A DNA stretch of 64,000 nt from an uncultured Acidobacteriaceae bacterium. Lineage in GTDB: Bacteria > Acidobacteriota > Terriglobia > Terriglobales > Acidobacteriaceae. Shown in pieces: positions 9,982-18,800 of the stretch; the first letter of the stretch is position 1; each line of letters opens with the position of its first letter. Location of the stretch: the NCBI GenBank assembly GCA_963846815.1, contig CAWJXG010000002.1:457799-521798 (forward strand), given 5' to 3'. The position numbers and the translations under genes were made by a program. The notes under the pieces were generated by a model. The model had not been told where the DNA came from. It did no database searches and was given only the letters and a program-made list of their open reading frames with translations.

Positions 9982-10704
9982 TCAGATTTGTTTGATCACC
10001 AATTCGCCTTGAGGAGTTTCTTTATGCGCGCGCAAGGTGGTCTTGCCGGTGGTGAAATGCGCCACGGCGTCGGCCCTCACGACATAAGCTCCCGGTCCGG
10101 GCGTGGCGCCGAATGGGATTTCCTGCTCCTTCTGAGCGTCAATCGTGAAGTGCTGATAGCCGAGGGCAGTTGCGCGCCCGATCTCGTTCACGGCGACGAC
10201 GATAACCGTCAAGTTGGCCGGCTGGTCGGTGTGATTGGTGACAACCAGCGAACCGGCGATCCACACTCCACTGACATGGGGCGCAGTCTTCCACTCGACT
10301 GACAGTCCGGCAACGACCTCCAGCGTGTATTCGCGCTGCACCTGGATCGGAGGAGCATCGGCGTCAGCGAGTATCAGCGTGAAGTGGTATGTCCCAGACT
10401 GATGGGGCGTGCCGGTGATATTTCCGCTGTGAGATCCCAGATGAAGCCCCGCAGCAAGGCTGCTGCCTTCTCCAAGTCGCCAATGGTAAGGTGAAACACC
10501 GCCGCTGGCCTGCAATGTGAAGTGATAAGGAACGCCGGCCTCGGCGGAGGGTAGGCTGCCGACCGTGATCGTGAGAGGTTCATTCTGCCAGGCAGCTAAG
10601 CTGACAGCAGCGAGCAGGCAGCAGGCTGCCGCGAGAACCAGCGAGCTCATCCAGGTGAAGGAACGGCGGCAGGGCAGGCGTTGCATCGTGCTGTCATTAT
10701 CCAT
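9982..10704 (-). CDS. secreted protein with putative Ig-like (He_PIG-type) domain
   Basis: Hydrophobic N-terminus SSLVLAAACCLLAAVSLAAW, then PSAEAGVPYHFTLQASGGVSPYHWRL...GNITGTPHQSGTYHFTL, the pattern of putative Ig domains. Start codon is uncertain. Confidence 0.55.
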   Translation of the reverse strand: MDNDSTMQRLPCRRSFTWMSSLVLAAACCLLAAVSLAAWQNEPLTITVGSLPSAEAGVPYHFTLQASGGVSPYHWRLGEGSSLAAGLHLGSHSGNITGTPHQSGTYHFTLILADADAPPIQVQREYTLEVVAGLSVEWKTAPHVSGVWIAGSLVVTNHTDQPANLTVIVVAVNEIGRATALGYQHFTIDAQKEQEIPFGATPGPGAYVVRADAVAHFTTGKTTLRAHKETPQGELVIKQI

Positions 10705-10760
10705 GAGTCGTAGCGATTTGAGTCAGCCCGGAATAGGGCTAAAGCGAATGTTACCGATGC

Positions 10761-10766
10761 TATAAT
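10761..10766 (+). promoter_or_regulatory. perfect TATAAT -10 box upstream of tRNA-His
   Basis: GCTATAATCC lies 12 nt upstream of the mature tRNA 5' end. No convincing -35 element was identified. Confidence 0.4.
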
Positions 10767-10778
10767 CCAACTTGCCAC

Positions 10779-10854
10779 GGTGGGTGTAGTTCAGTGGTAG
10801 AACTCCGGACTGTGGCTCCGGCTGTCGAGGGTTCGAATCCCTCCACCCACCCCA
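10779..10854 (+). tRNA. tRNA-His (anticodon GTG), with encoded G-1 and CCA
   Basis: Manual cloverleaf fold: G-1 + GTGGGTG acceptor, GTTC/GAAC D-stem, CCGGA-CTGTGGC-TCCGG anticodon arm (GTG), GAGGG-TTCGAAT-CCCTC T-arm, CACCCAC-C-CCA. Confidence 0.9.
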
Positions 10855-10869
10855 AAATCCCTTCCAGCC

Positions 10870-11421
10870 TCAGCGTTCTACCAATTTTGCTTCGGGCCTG
10901 CCCAGCGGAACGGGCGCGAGATCGATCCAGCGCTCGCCGATACCTTTCACAAAGGTCACAGAATCAATCTGAATTTTGCGGCCCTCGGTGAAGCTGTCCC
11001 AGCGCCGGCGGGCAATGTCGAAGATCTTGTGGGCCTCCTCGAATGTGTCCGTCTTGACGACCGTAAGGTGAGGCATATAAGGCCAGGGCTCGCAGAATTC
11101 CAGTTCGTCTCGGTTGAACTCGTCGTGCAACTCGCGCATCCGGTACGCGCCATAGGCGACCCGGATGAACACCGTAGGGGTGGCAGGTATGAAGTTCTCC
11201 ACGTCGCCCATAGTGATAACAAAGGGCTGGGCGTTGGCGCAGACTTCCTGCAGAAGCTCTATTGCCTGTTCTTCGGTTCCCTGAAGGGGGCGCGGCGGAA
11301 GGATAGTAATGTGGGCGTCGGCGTGGGTATGCGAGGGGTGCAACTCGCGTCGAAGTTCTTCCACGAAGATCCCGACCGGGTTGCGCACATAGGCCACGGC
11401 CGCATACAGAAGGCCAGACAT
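10870..11421 (-). CDS. 2H phosphoesterase superfamily protein (LigT-like 2'-5' RNA ligase/cyclic phosphodiesterase)
   Basis: Two H-x-T/S motifs (HADAHITILPP and MPHLTVVKT) sit at the expected spacing. ATG at 11419-11421 (MSGLLYAAVAYV) is preferred, because the longer ORF extension runs into the tRNA-Pro promoter region. Confidence 0.7.
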   Translation of the reverse strand: MSGLLYAAVAYVRNPVGIFVEELRRELHPSHTHADAHITILPPRPLQGTEEQAIELLQEVCANAQPFVITMGDVENFIPATPTVFIRVAYGAYRMRELHDEFNRDELEFCEPWPYMPHLTVVKTDTFEEAHKIFDIARRRWDSFTEGRKIQIDSVTFVKGIGERWIDLAPVPLGRPEAKLVER

Positions 11422-11613
11422 GCAGCAAGCATTATACCTGCGAATTAGGACAGCGAAGGTCCTTCCTCGGCAAAGTCCGGGGAGCTCGGGAAAGCTCGGG
11501 AGGTAGAGACTTCTCTCCTCCTCCGGCAAACGTCGCATCCCGCCGCTTGTAGCTCCAAGGCTGGCAGCGCCCCCGCATGCTGTTGGCGCAAAAGGGGAAA
11601 GCAAAAGGATTGT

Positions 11614-11619
11614 TATAAT
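11614..11619 (+). promoter_or_regulatory. perfect TATAAT -10 box upstream of tRNA-Pro
   Basis: TTGTTATAATCAAGG lies 11 nt upstream of the tRNA 5' end. Confidence 0.4.
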
Positions 11620-11630
11620 CAAGGCTCAGT

Positions 11631-11707
<77 letters not shown>

Positions 11708-11744
11708 GAACTCTCCCACCTCCCTTCACCCCAGCTCGGCGGCC

Positions 11745-11950
11745 TAGCAGCTCCACAGGCGCGTTCAGCCCAGCGAAGCGGGAAATCCGCGTCATCGATC
11801 TTGTAGGCGCATGTTCGGGTTGGTGATCTTGGCGACCCATTCCAGCTCGGGAGGCACATCGGCGGGTTGAGCAAACTGCGCAGGTGTTAACGTCTCTTTG
11901 GTGAGAGATACAACATCGTTCTCTTTGGTGAGAGATACAACATCGTTCAC
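11745..11950 (-). pseudogene. relic of a tyrosine recombinase/integrase (N-terminal ~70 codons, frameshifted and 3'-truncated)
   Basis: Minus-strand reading from GTG 11950 gives VNDVVSLTKENDVVSLTKETLTPAQFAQPADVPPELEWVAKITNPNMR and stops at 11792. A 1-nt shift continues (A)YKIDDADFPLRWAE. Together these resemble the N-terminal SAM-like motif (W/F-x-A-x-I-x-NPNTRRAY-x3-D-F) of one integrase family. The catalytic domain is absent. Confidence 0.45.
11894..11947. repeat. perfect 27-bp tandem duplication (2 copies)
   Basis: CTCTTTGGTGAGAGATACAACATCGTT occurs at 11894-11920 and again at 11921-11947. It duplicates the peptide NDVVSLTKE in the integrase relic. Confidence 0.95.
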
Positions 11951-12052
11951 CGCCCTGCCCGAGTTGTTTCTAACGCGATAGTGTATTTTATCAAGTTAGA
12001 AGTCAAGGATTCGCTACAACAGAACGGCCAGCATCAGCTGCGCTAGAATTAC

Positions 12053-12979
12053 CTAATTTATGAAACGGTGAATTGCCTCGTTGGCGTTATCTTGAAATGA
12101 AGTATTTTTCAAAGCGGTAAAAAAAGTGCTCTGGTCAACCATGTCTCCTGATAACTTACCCTCTTTACTGGCATAAAAAACGCCGCTTTTATATCGCTCA
12201 TCCGAAATGCCATCGACAAAGCGTTTCGCCCCTACTGGCAGTTCGTGTACCATTCCGCCCATCAATGGAAATACAATAGGCATCATCACATTCTTCAACA
12301 TAAATCGCATTGGTGCGGGCAAACTATCCGGAGCCTTAGTTCCCTTCGTGTTACCAGGACTCATAACGACAAATTTGAGGTTAGGATATTTTCTTGCCAT
12401 TGATAACGTCCACATGGTCTCTGCATACTTCACATATGCGTACGCTTGCAATGCATTAAACTTTTTACCAAAATATGATCCATCGAGAACAGCAGCAAAC
12501 TCATCTACGGAAGAGGTTTTCATTGAAACTGGTTTTACTCCGAGCATCTTTACTCCCGGAACAGCTTCCGCACTGACGGATAGAACTATTTTCCTTAACA
12601 GATCACGTTTAATTAATTCTTCAACTAGAATTACATTACCTAAAATGTTCGTAGCAGCTAATTTATTCATACCGGAAGGCGTAAGGTTAGCCGCCGTTTT
12701 CCCAATTACTCCACCCGCATTTAAAACTATTGCATCAATAGGTTCCTTTATTGTTTGTACTGCTTTTCTTACAGAACTTGCATCCGTAACATCCCCAATA
12801 ACAATTTCAAAACATTTTCTGCTCGTTATCTCCTCAAGATCTTTTTTGGCCGCCTCTGCTCTCGCTTGATTTCTGCAAAAAAGAATTACTTTTTTTGTTT
12901 CTTTTTTCAATGCTAATTGTCGGGCAGTCTCTTTCCCAAGCCCAGCATTTGCTCCGGTTATCAATATGCTTTCGTTCAT
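12053..12979 (-). CDS. short-chain dehydrogenase/reductase (SDR) family oxidoreductase, compositionally foreign (AT-rich)
   Basis: 308 aa. N-terminal ILITGANAGLGKETARQLA (TGxxxGxG Rossmann motif) and downstream NAGG. Codons are dominated by A/T third positions (AAA, TTT, ATT, GAA), unlike every neighbouring gene. Confidence 0.85.
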   Translation of the reverse strand: MNESILITGANAGLGKETARQLALKKETKKVILFCRNQARAEAAKKDLEEITSRKCFEIVIGDVTDASSVRKAVQTIKEPIDAIVLNAGGVIGKTAANLTPSGMNKLAATNILGNVILVEELIKRDLLRKIVLSVSAEAVPGVKMLGVKPVSMKTSSVDEFAAVLDGSYFGKKFNALQAYAYVKYAETMWTLSMARKYPNLKFVVMSPGNTKGTKAPDSLPAPMRFMLKNVMMPIVFPLMGGMVHELPVGAKRFVDGISDERYKSGVFYASKEGKLSGDMVDQSTFFTALKNTSFQDNANEAIHRFIN

Positions 12980-13000
12980 TTTTGCTATCCTTTTCAGTTA

Positions 13001-13072
13001 TTAGTTAAGGCAGGCGGCCGCCAGGGCGAGCCCGGAATTGGCCCCGGTGACCAGAGCGGTCGAATATTCCAT
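13001..13072 (-). pseudogene. 23-codon N-terminal stub of a GC-rich SDR gene (native partner of the TetR gene), truncated at the AT-rich junction
   Basis: Minus strand: GGAG-N6-ATG GAA TAT TCG ACC GCT CTG GTC ACC GGG GCC AAT TCC GGG CTC GCC..., giving MEYSTALVTGANSGLALAAACLN*. This is the same TGANxGL motif as the AT-rich SDR, but in host-like codon usage. The stop falls exactly where composition switches. Confidence 0.5.
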
Positions 13073-13192
13073 GGGCAGCTCCGTCATAAAGGCTGAGGGC
13101 CGAGCGGCCAGGGCCAGCCCAGCCCAGCTTGTAATTTAGAACTATTTGGTTATATATTGCGCGGTGGAGGGTGTCAACGAATTGTGAACCAA

Positions 13193-13837
13193 ATGATTCA
13201 AAATACCGCTAGGCCGCGGGGTCGACCGCGCAGCTTCGATGAGGCTGGGGCGCTGGAAAAGGCGACTCAGGTGTTCTGGTCGAAAGGCTACGACGGAGTG
13301 ACGATTGACGATCTCGTCGCAGGCATGGGCGTGGGACGGCCGAGCCTGTATGCCGTCTTTGGGGACAAGCGGGCGATATTCTTGCGCGTCCTTCAGGCGT
13401 ATGCAGAGCGGAAGGGCGCATCAGCCGCGAAGGCGCTCCTCTCGCCACGGAGTCTTCGCGACTCGGTCGCGGGCTTTCTACGGTTCGCCGTCGAAACTGC
13501 GACCGAGAAAGGGTCCGCCCGCGGCTGCCTTATGATGTGCGTCGCGCCGATTGTGAACGACGCTGAGGTTCGGCGGTTCCTGCAGAGCGCGGTGGCGGGC
13601 GGCACGGCGCTGGTGGAGCGCCGTTTCCGGGATGCAATCAGCGCGGGAGACATACCGCCTGACTTTCCGGTAGCCGAGCGCGCGGTTCAAGCCACGGATT
13701 TTGCTCGTGCCCTGACCATGCGTGCGCTGATAGGCACGCCGCGCAAGACGCTCCTCAAAGAGGCAGAGGAAGCGGCCGACTTGGTGCTCCAGCCGCGCGG
13801 CGCTTCTGACGGGTTCCGCCCGCGCAGCCGACGGTAG
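13193..13837 (+). CDS. TetR/AcrR family transcriptional regulator
   Basis: RGRPRSFDEAGALEKATQVFWSKGYDGVTIDDLVAGMGVGRPSLYAVFGDKRAIF is a canonical TetR N-terminal HTH. ATG 13193 is preferred over the upstream alternative start at 13157. Confidence 0.85.
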   Translation: MIQNTARPRGRPRSFDEAGALEKATQVFWSKGYDGVTIDDLVAGMGVGRPSLYAVFGDKRAIFLRVLQAYAERKGASAAKALLSPRSLRDSVAGFLRFAVETATEKGSARGCLMMCVAPIVNDAEVRRFLQSAVAGGTALVERRFRDAISAGDIPPDFPVAERAVQATDFARALTMRALIGTPRKTLLKEAEEAADLVLQPRGASDGFRPRSRR

Positions 13838-13945
13838 AAACTTAGGTCCAACTTGGGTCCAAGTGCTGACAAATACCGTCTTAAACCGTGCACTGTGACG
13901 CAGAGAAGTGCCAGACGGATCAACAAGATATACTTCTGTTCACTC

Positions 13946-13992
<47 letters not shown>

Positions 13993-14033
13993 TATTTCCT
14001 TCCCTGCACCCGGTTTCTGCCGCTCGCGCCGCC

Positions 14034-14735
14034 TCAGTGCTTTCGCCGCAGCCACTTCATGAGGTCAGGGAAGAACTCGTAGGCGGCATTGCCGGCGGCT
14101 TTGCCACCGATCCCTTCCAACACTCGTATGCTGGCGCTTTGCCAGTCGCTCTCGCTCGGGACGCGCCATGTGTTGGACAGAAAGTTGTTGCCGACGTTTC
14201 CCGCCAGGCGCGCGTATGCAAAGTGCCGGTCGCCATCACGCCAATAGGCACGGAACGTCAAGTCAATGACATTGACGACGCGCTTCTTGAATGACTCGTC
14301 AGGAGCACGAAAATACCGGGGATCCTCCCCCCAAAGCGCTCCCAGGCTGGCTTCCATGGCATTGCCGGTCGAAACGCCGGTGAGCCGCATACCATAACGC
14401 TGGCCAAATCCCTCCCAACTCGTACCGTACTCATGGGGGTGGTCGAAAGCCGTACCCCATCCCGCGCTCCAGGGGCCGGCCACCAGCAAACTCTCGACTC
14501 CGCCGGTCGAGATGGCAAACCACTTGAGACGTTGCTTAGCGGTAATCGGCACATACTTGGTGTGGGCCTGCTGAGGAACAATCGGAGCCGGGTCAACTCC
14601 GCGTGTCACATCCTGCGCTGCAATAGTGGGCGAGGCGCACAGCATCGCCCAACTGGCGAGGACCACGACGAAAAACAAAAAATACCGGCCAGAAGCGCGG
14701 CAGTTCCGCGGTCGTACCAGGATGCTTGGGCGCAT
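14034..14735 (-). CDS. hypothetical exported protein
   Basis: 233-aa ORF with an N-terminal hydrophobic segment YFLFFVVVLASWAMLCASPTIAAQ and host-like codon usage. No family recognised. Confidence 0.55.
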   Translation of the reverse strand: MRPSILVRPRNCRASGRYFLFFVVVLASWAMLCASPTIAAQDVTRGVDPAPIVPQQAHTKYVPITAKQRLKWFAISTGGVESLLVAGPWSAGWGTAFDHPHEYGTSWEGFGQRYGMRLTGVSTGNAMEASLGALWGEDPRYFRAPDESFKKRVVNVIDLTFRAYWRDGDRHFAYARLAGNVGNNFLSNTWRVPSESDWQSASIRVLEGIGGKAAGNAAYEFFPDLMKWLRRKH

Positions 14736-15034
14736 GAATCGTTCTTCCCCACTCTCGCCTACAGTTTACTTCTTCATCTGTGAGGAGGGCATACCAACGG
14801 CGGCGGTGAATCCTAAAATCAACGCCGGATTTGAGCAAAACAGAGATCGGCTTTGAGAGCAAGGTCGGCTCTTAAGTGCCCCCCCCCGACAACTGCATGT
14901 TGCGCGGTTACTAAGGGAGAGCCGTGTAGCGAAAATATCCGCCGCATTATGGCTGTCCGGCCGCGGGCTGCTCATCACCAACCCAGGTGACTGTAATCAC
15001 TGCATCGATGGTAACGGGCTGATAAACCAGCTAC

Positions 15035-15514
15035 ATGAAAAATGTGGGGGAACTTTGTCAGACACTGTTAGCGTCTTCCACGCTACGACAGGCGCTAATC
15101 GAAATCGGCACCAGTGAGTATTTTCGGTCCGGGTCCGTTCTTTTCCATGCCGCTGATAACCCTGCCGGGGTATTCCTCATTTGCGCAGGCGAAACCCGCC
15201 TCGAGGTGCCCGGTATGCCGCAGTGCACCCGAACTTTGCCTGCCGGATCGGTACTGGGCTTACCGTCGACGTTCTCGGAAAAGCCCTATAGCCTGACTGC
15301 AGTGTTGGCCACCGATTGCGACATCACGCATGTGAGCGGGAAGAAATTCCTGGACTTGATGAAGTCCCACATTGATCTTTGCCGTGAGGCCACCGACATC
15401 CTCAGCCGCGAAGTCGCATTCATTCTCTCTTCGGTCCGTTCCCAGCCCGGCCTGGGGGTCGGTGACACTAGAACAACCCGGGGCAGCGCACGCTCGCGGT
15501 GCGTCGGCGAGTAG
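15035..15514 (+). CDS. cyclic-nucleotide-binding domain protein (Crp/Fnr-like sensor domain only, no HTH)
   Basis: FRSGSVLFHAADNPAGVFLICAGETRLEV...GSVLGLPSTFSEKPYSLTAVLATDCDITHV fits the cNMP-binding beta-barrel. At 159 aa the ORF is too short to carry the C-terminal DNA-binding domain. Confidence 0.65.
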   Translation: MKNVGELCQTLLASSTLRQALIEIGTSEYFRSGSVLFHAADNPAGVFLICAGETRLEVPGMPQCTRTLPAGSVLGLPSTFSEKPYSLTAVLATDCDITHVSGKKFLDLMKSHIDLCREATDILSREVAFILSSVRSQPGLGVGDTRTTRGSARSRCVGE

Positions 15515-15874
15515 CACGTGCCCGATATATCCTGCCTCGCTCCCGAGAACCACTCTTTGTGGATTTCGCCGTTACGGACGAAGTAGAGCGAACGCCCTCC
15601 GCTGATCTGCCCGAAGCATCCGACCCAGCCTGCTGCGATCGTCCTGAGAATGAAATCGGTGTCCGTAAGTAGCGAGGTGCCGGCTGTTTTCAGACAAACT
15701 CATTCTCTTTTGGCAGAGCACTACGTCGGCTTTTACGCTGCCGGAATTTAACTTGACATCGGTTGCCCGACCATAACATTCTCACCTTAATCCTTTCTTA
15801 GTTCATCCCTCAGTTCTAAGCGTGAGACTTTTTCGATGCGTCTGTGCCCAAACTGCTCGACGGAGAATGCTTCA

Positions 15875-18800
15875 ATGCGTATTGTGTCTCGCTGCCTGCC
15901 AATTTTGCTGGCCGGCTTGTTCTGCCTTGGTGTGGTCTCGCAATGCCATGCTGATGATTGCCCCAATGGAATCCTTCCCCCCGGTACTGGTCAGGACATC
16001 GTTATCAGCGTGTCTTGCACCGTAGATGGTTCGGCTCCGAACGGGCTCTATCAATACGGAAACGTCAACATCATTGCGAATGGCGCACTGATGTTCGATG
16101 ACGTGAAGGTCGACTTCTGGGCCAAGAACATCCTGGTTGAGAACGGCGGCAGCCTGCTGGCCGGAACATCCCGGCCGATCGGCACCAACGGCGGCTCGCT
16201 CACCATCCATCTTTATGGCCCCGATCAGGGCGAGGGCGGCAAGGGCATTGAATGCGTAAGTGACAGCAAAGGCCAATGCGGTATCCCCGACAATATTTGG
16301 GAGAGCAACGGTAATCAAAAGGTCTGCCTGAACGGCAAGGAAGCCAATTGCAGCGACGGCATCCTCGATTACTTCTATCAGTACATGCCGATCGATTACG
16401 ACAACGGCGACCCGCAAGCCTATTTCGGTTACAAGGTCCTGGGCGTCTCGTACGGCGGGACCCTGAAATTGTTCGGCGCTAAGGGCGCGACCTACACCAA
16501 CCTTCCGGTTTCAAGCTCGGGAACAAGTTGGGCGCGCTTGAATGCCAGCGTAACTACCACCTCGAAAACGCTGACGTTGGATCGCGTGGTCGACTGGAAG
16601 CCGGACGATCAGATCGTTCTCACGACAACCGATTATCTACCCGGGCACTCCGAGCAACTGACTGTCACCTCGAACACGGTGCAGGGCAACTATTCGGTCA
16701 TCGGCTTCAGGGAAACCCTGCTGTATCCCCACAACGGCCAGCAATTCCCGATTCCGTCGGACGTGCCGAGCGGCGTGGGGCCCGATCCGGATCCCAATGT
16801 TCCTCCTTGCAACGCGGCAAACCCGGTGCAGCGTTGCGTCGACACGCGCGCTGCGGTTGGATTGCTCACCCACAGCATTCGCATCGTTTCCGGCGGCGAC
16901 GCCCTGGGCCAGGCTTTTCCCGCCGCTTCCACCCATTATTATTTCGGCGGCCATACCGTGTTTCGTCAGGGATTCAAGCAACTGCAGATCCAGGGCGTTG
17001 AGTTCGCGCAGATGGGCCAGGGCGGCAAGATCATGCACTACCCGGTGCACTTCCACATGGCGCGTATCGTTCCATCCGATACCTACGTGGGGGACTCATC
17101 CATCAATGAGTCGATGACGCGCTGGATTGTGATTCACTCCACCCAGGGCGTGCTGGTGGCGCGAAATGTCGGCTGGGAGTCGATCGGCCACGGCTTCTAT
17201 CTCGAGGATGGGACCGAAGCTTACAACAAGTTCTATTCCAACCTGGGAATTTTCGCGCGCGCTGCGGTAATGGCTGCCAACGACGCTGCGGAAAAGTACA
17301 ATCCGCGGCACGTGCCGGGCATCCTCGCCGCTGCTTATCCTTCCGTCGGCAGTCCACAGGAACAGGTGCCCTATCACAGCGATGTCGATCATCCCACCGG
17401 CTTCTGGATCATGAACGGCTGGAACGATTTCGGATATAACCACATCGCCGGAGCGGGTACATGCGGCCTCTGCTATTGGCTGGTGCCGGGATATATCAGC
17501 GGAGCCTCACGGAGTGAGAAATGGGACGGCTATGCCGGCGAGCAGAATTCCCTGGCGATGGCCGGCACCACGCCGCTGAAGAGCTTTGTGGGTAACTCCT
17601 GCTCCACCGCCATGATGTCGTTCAATACCGTGGGTGATACGGCGGACTGTAACGGGGTGGTGAACTCGCCCAATCCGAATGAGCCGCGGCTGATACCTGT
17701 ACCCAGCCCGGCCCCGGCCATCCGTGACCCCAAAGCGGACGCCTACTATCCCAAGGTGTCCGGCGGCGGAGGCCGTTTCGCAACCGAGTGCCCGAACGGC
17801 GATTGCAGCCAGGTTACGGCACGTTGCGATAACGGCCAGCAGGAGCACTGCGCCGTTACCATCCTCGATCATTTCACCTCTTCGTTCAGCTGGGCACAGA
17901 CCAACTTTGGGTCCATCTGGTTCCGGCCGCAGTGGTATCTGTACATCAACAGCGCCCTGACGGACGTGCAGAACGGCGGGCTGACCATTGTGACCGGTGG
18001 CGGATATACCGCGTCGGACAGCATCTTCGGCCACTGGGCGCTGGCGAAGAAGGACGTGTTCATCGGCAATACGCAAGCCAACACCAGCGACTATGCGTCG
18101 AACGCCGGGCCCGTAACGCCGACCTCGGGATTGAAGTGCGCGAAGCAAAATACAGGTGCGATCTCGGGTTCGCAATGCCTGGTGCGCGACGGCCAGGGCA
18201 AGGAAGAAACAGTGCCCTTGCAGGTAGCGGGTTTCTCCGTCAACCAGCGCCTGTTGAACATCTACGACGGCCCGGCCTACGAGTCGTCGAACGCCTTCCT
18301 GAACATCACCTCGACTCCCATCTCAGGATGCAAAGACGGCATCTGCGGTGACTCCTATGGCGCAAACAGCATGTCACCGGGCATGCCGAAAGACGTGACC
18401 GGACAGTGCTATCTTCCCAACGCCGCCATCGGATGGAAACAGCCGAACGGGTTCTTCTATCCGCCTGCGTTCCACTCGCAGAATCTCTTCTTTGAGAACG
18501 TCAACATCCGTCATTTTGTGATCGAGCCGCTCTTTGTCACAGGCTCGTACAAGACGAACCAATCGGCGGTGATCGGCCGCTATTGCAGCTATCCTGGAAT
18601 CAACACCGACGGTAGCGGAGGGCTCTTTAACGGATTTACCGACATCGACCGCCAGACCGAGCTTAGCGATGACGACGGTTCTCTGACCGGTCTGCAGTCG
18701 ACGAATCTTCCGCTGCATGGAGGCACGATCTCGGTGAACGAAGACACCTTCTTCAATGCTCCAGTGGAGACCGGCGAGTGCGCATCGGACATCAAGACAG

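Noticed and set aside
10870-11622. Full 250-aa version of the 2H phosphoesterase ORF. Similar 5'-extended versions exist for the ORFs at 6592-7761, 7677-9083, 9135-9857, 24055-24846, 25813-27174, 27236-28525, 56875-58041, 59199-59867 and 60587-63118.
   Set aside because: The extensions are low-complexity, lack similarity to the respective families, and often overlap neighbouring genes, tRNA promoters or repeats. Internal starts that give canonical N-termini or signal peptides were preferred.
15286-15700. Minus-strand open frame in the spacer after the cNMP-binding gene reading ...LLTDTDFILRTIAAGWVGCFGQISGGRSLYFVRNGEIHKEW..., whose SLYFVRNGEI resembles a cNMP-binding signature. It might be a decayed convergent Crp-like paralogue.
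   Set aside because: There is no ATG/GTG/TTG start in that frame until 15468. The only ATG (15702) is in another frame and stops after 44 codons. The match is short and the segment before it is too short for a real cNMP domain. It also partly overlaps the plus-strand gene. I cannot support it as a gene or pseudogene without a profile search.
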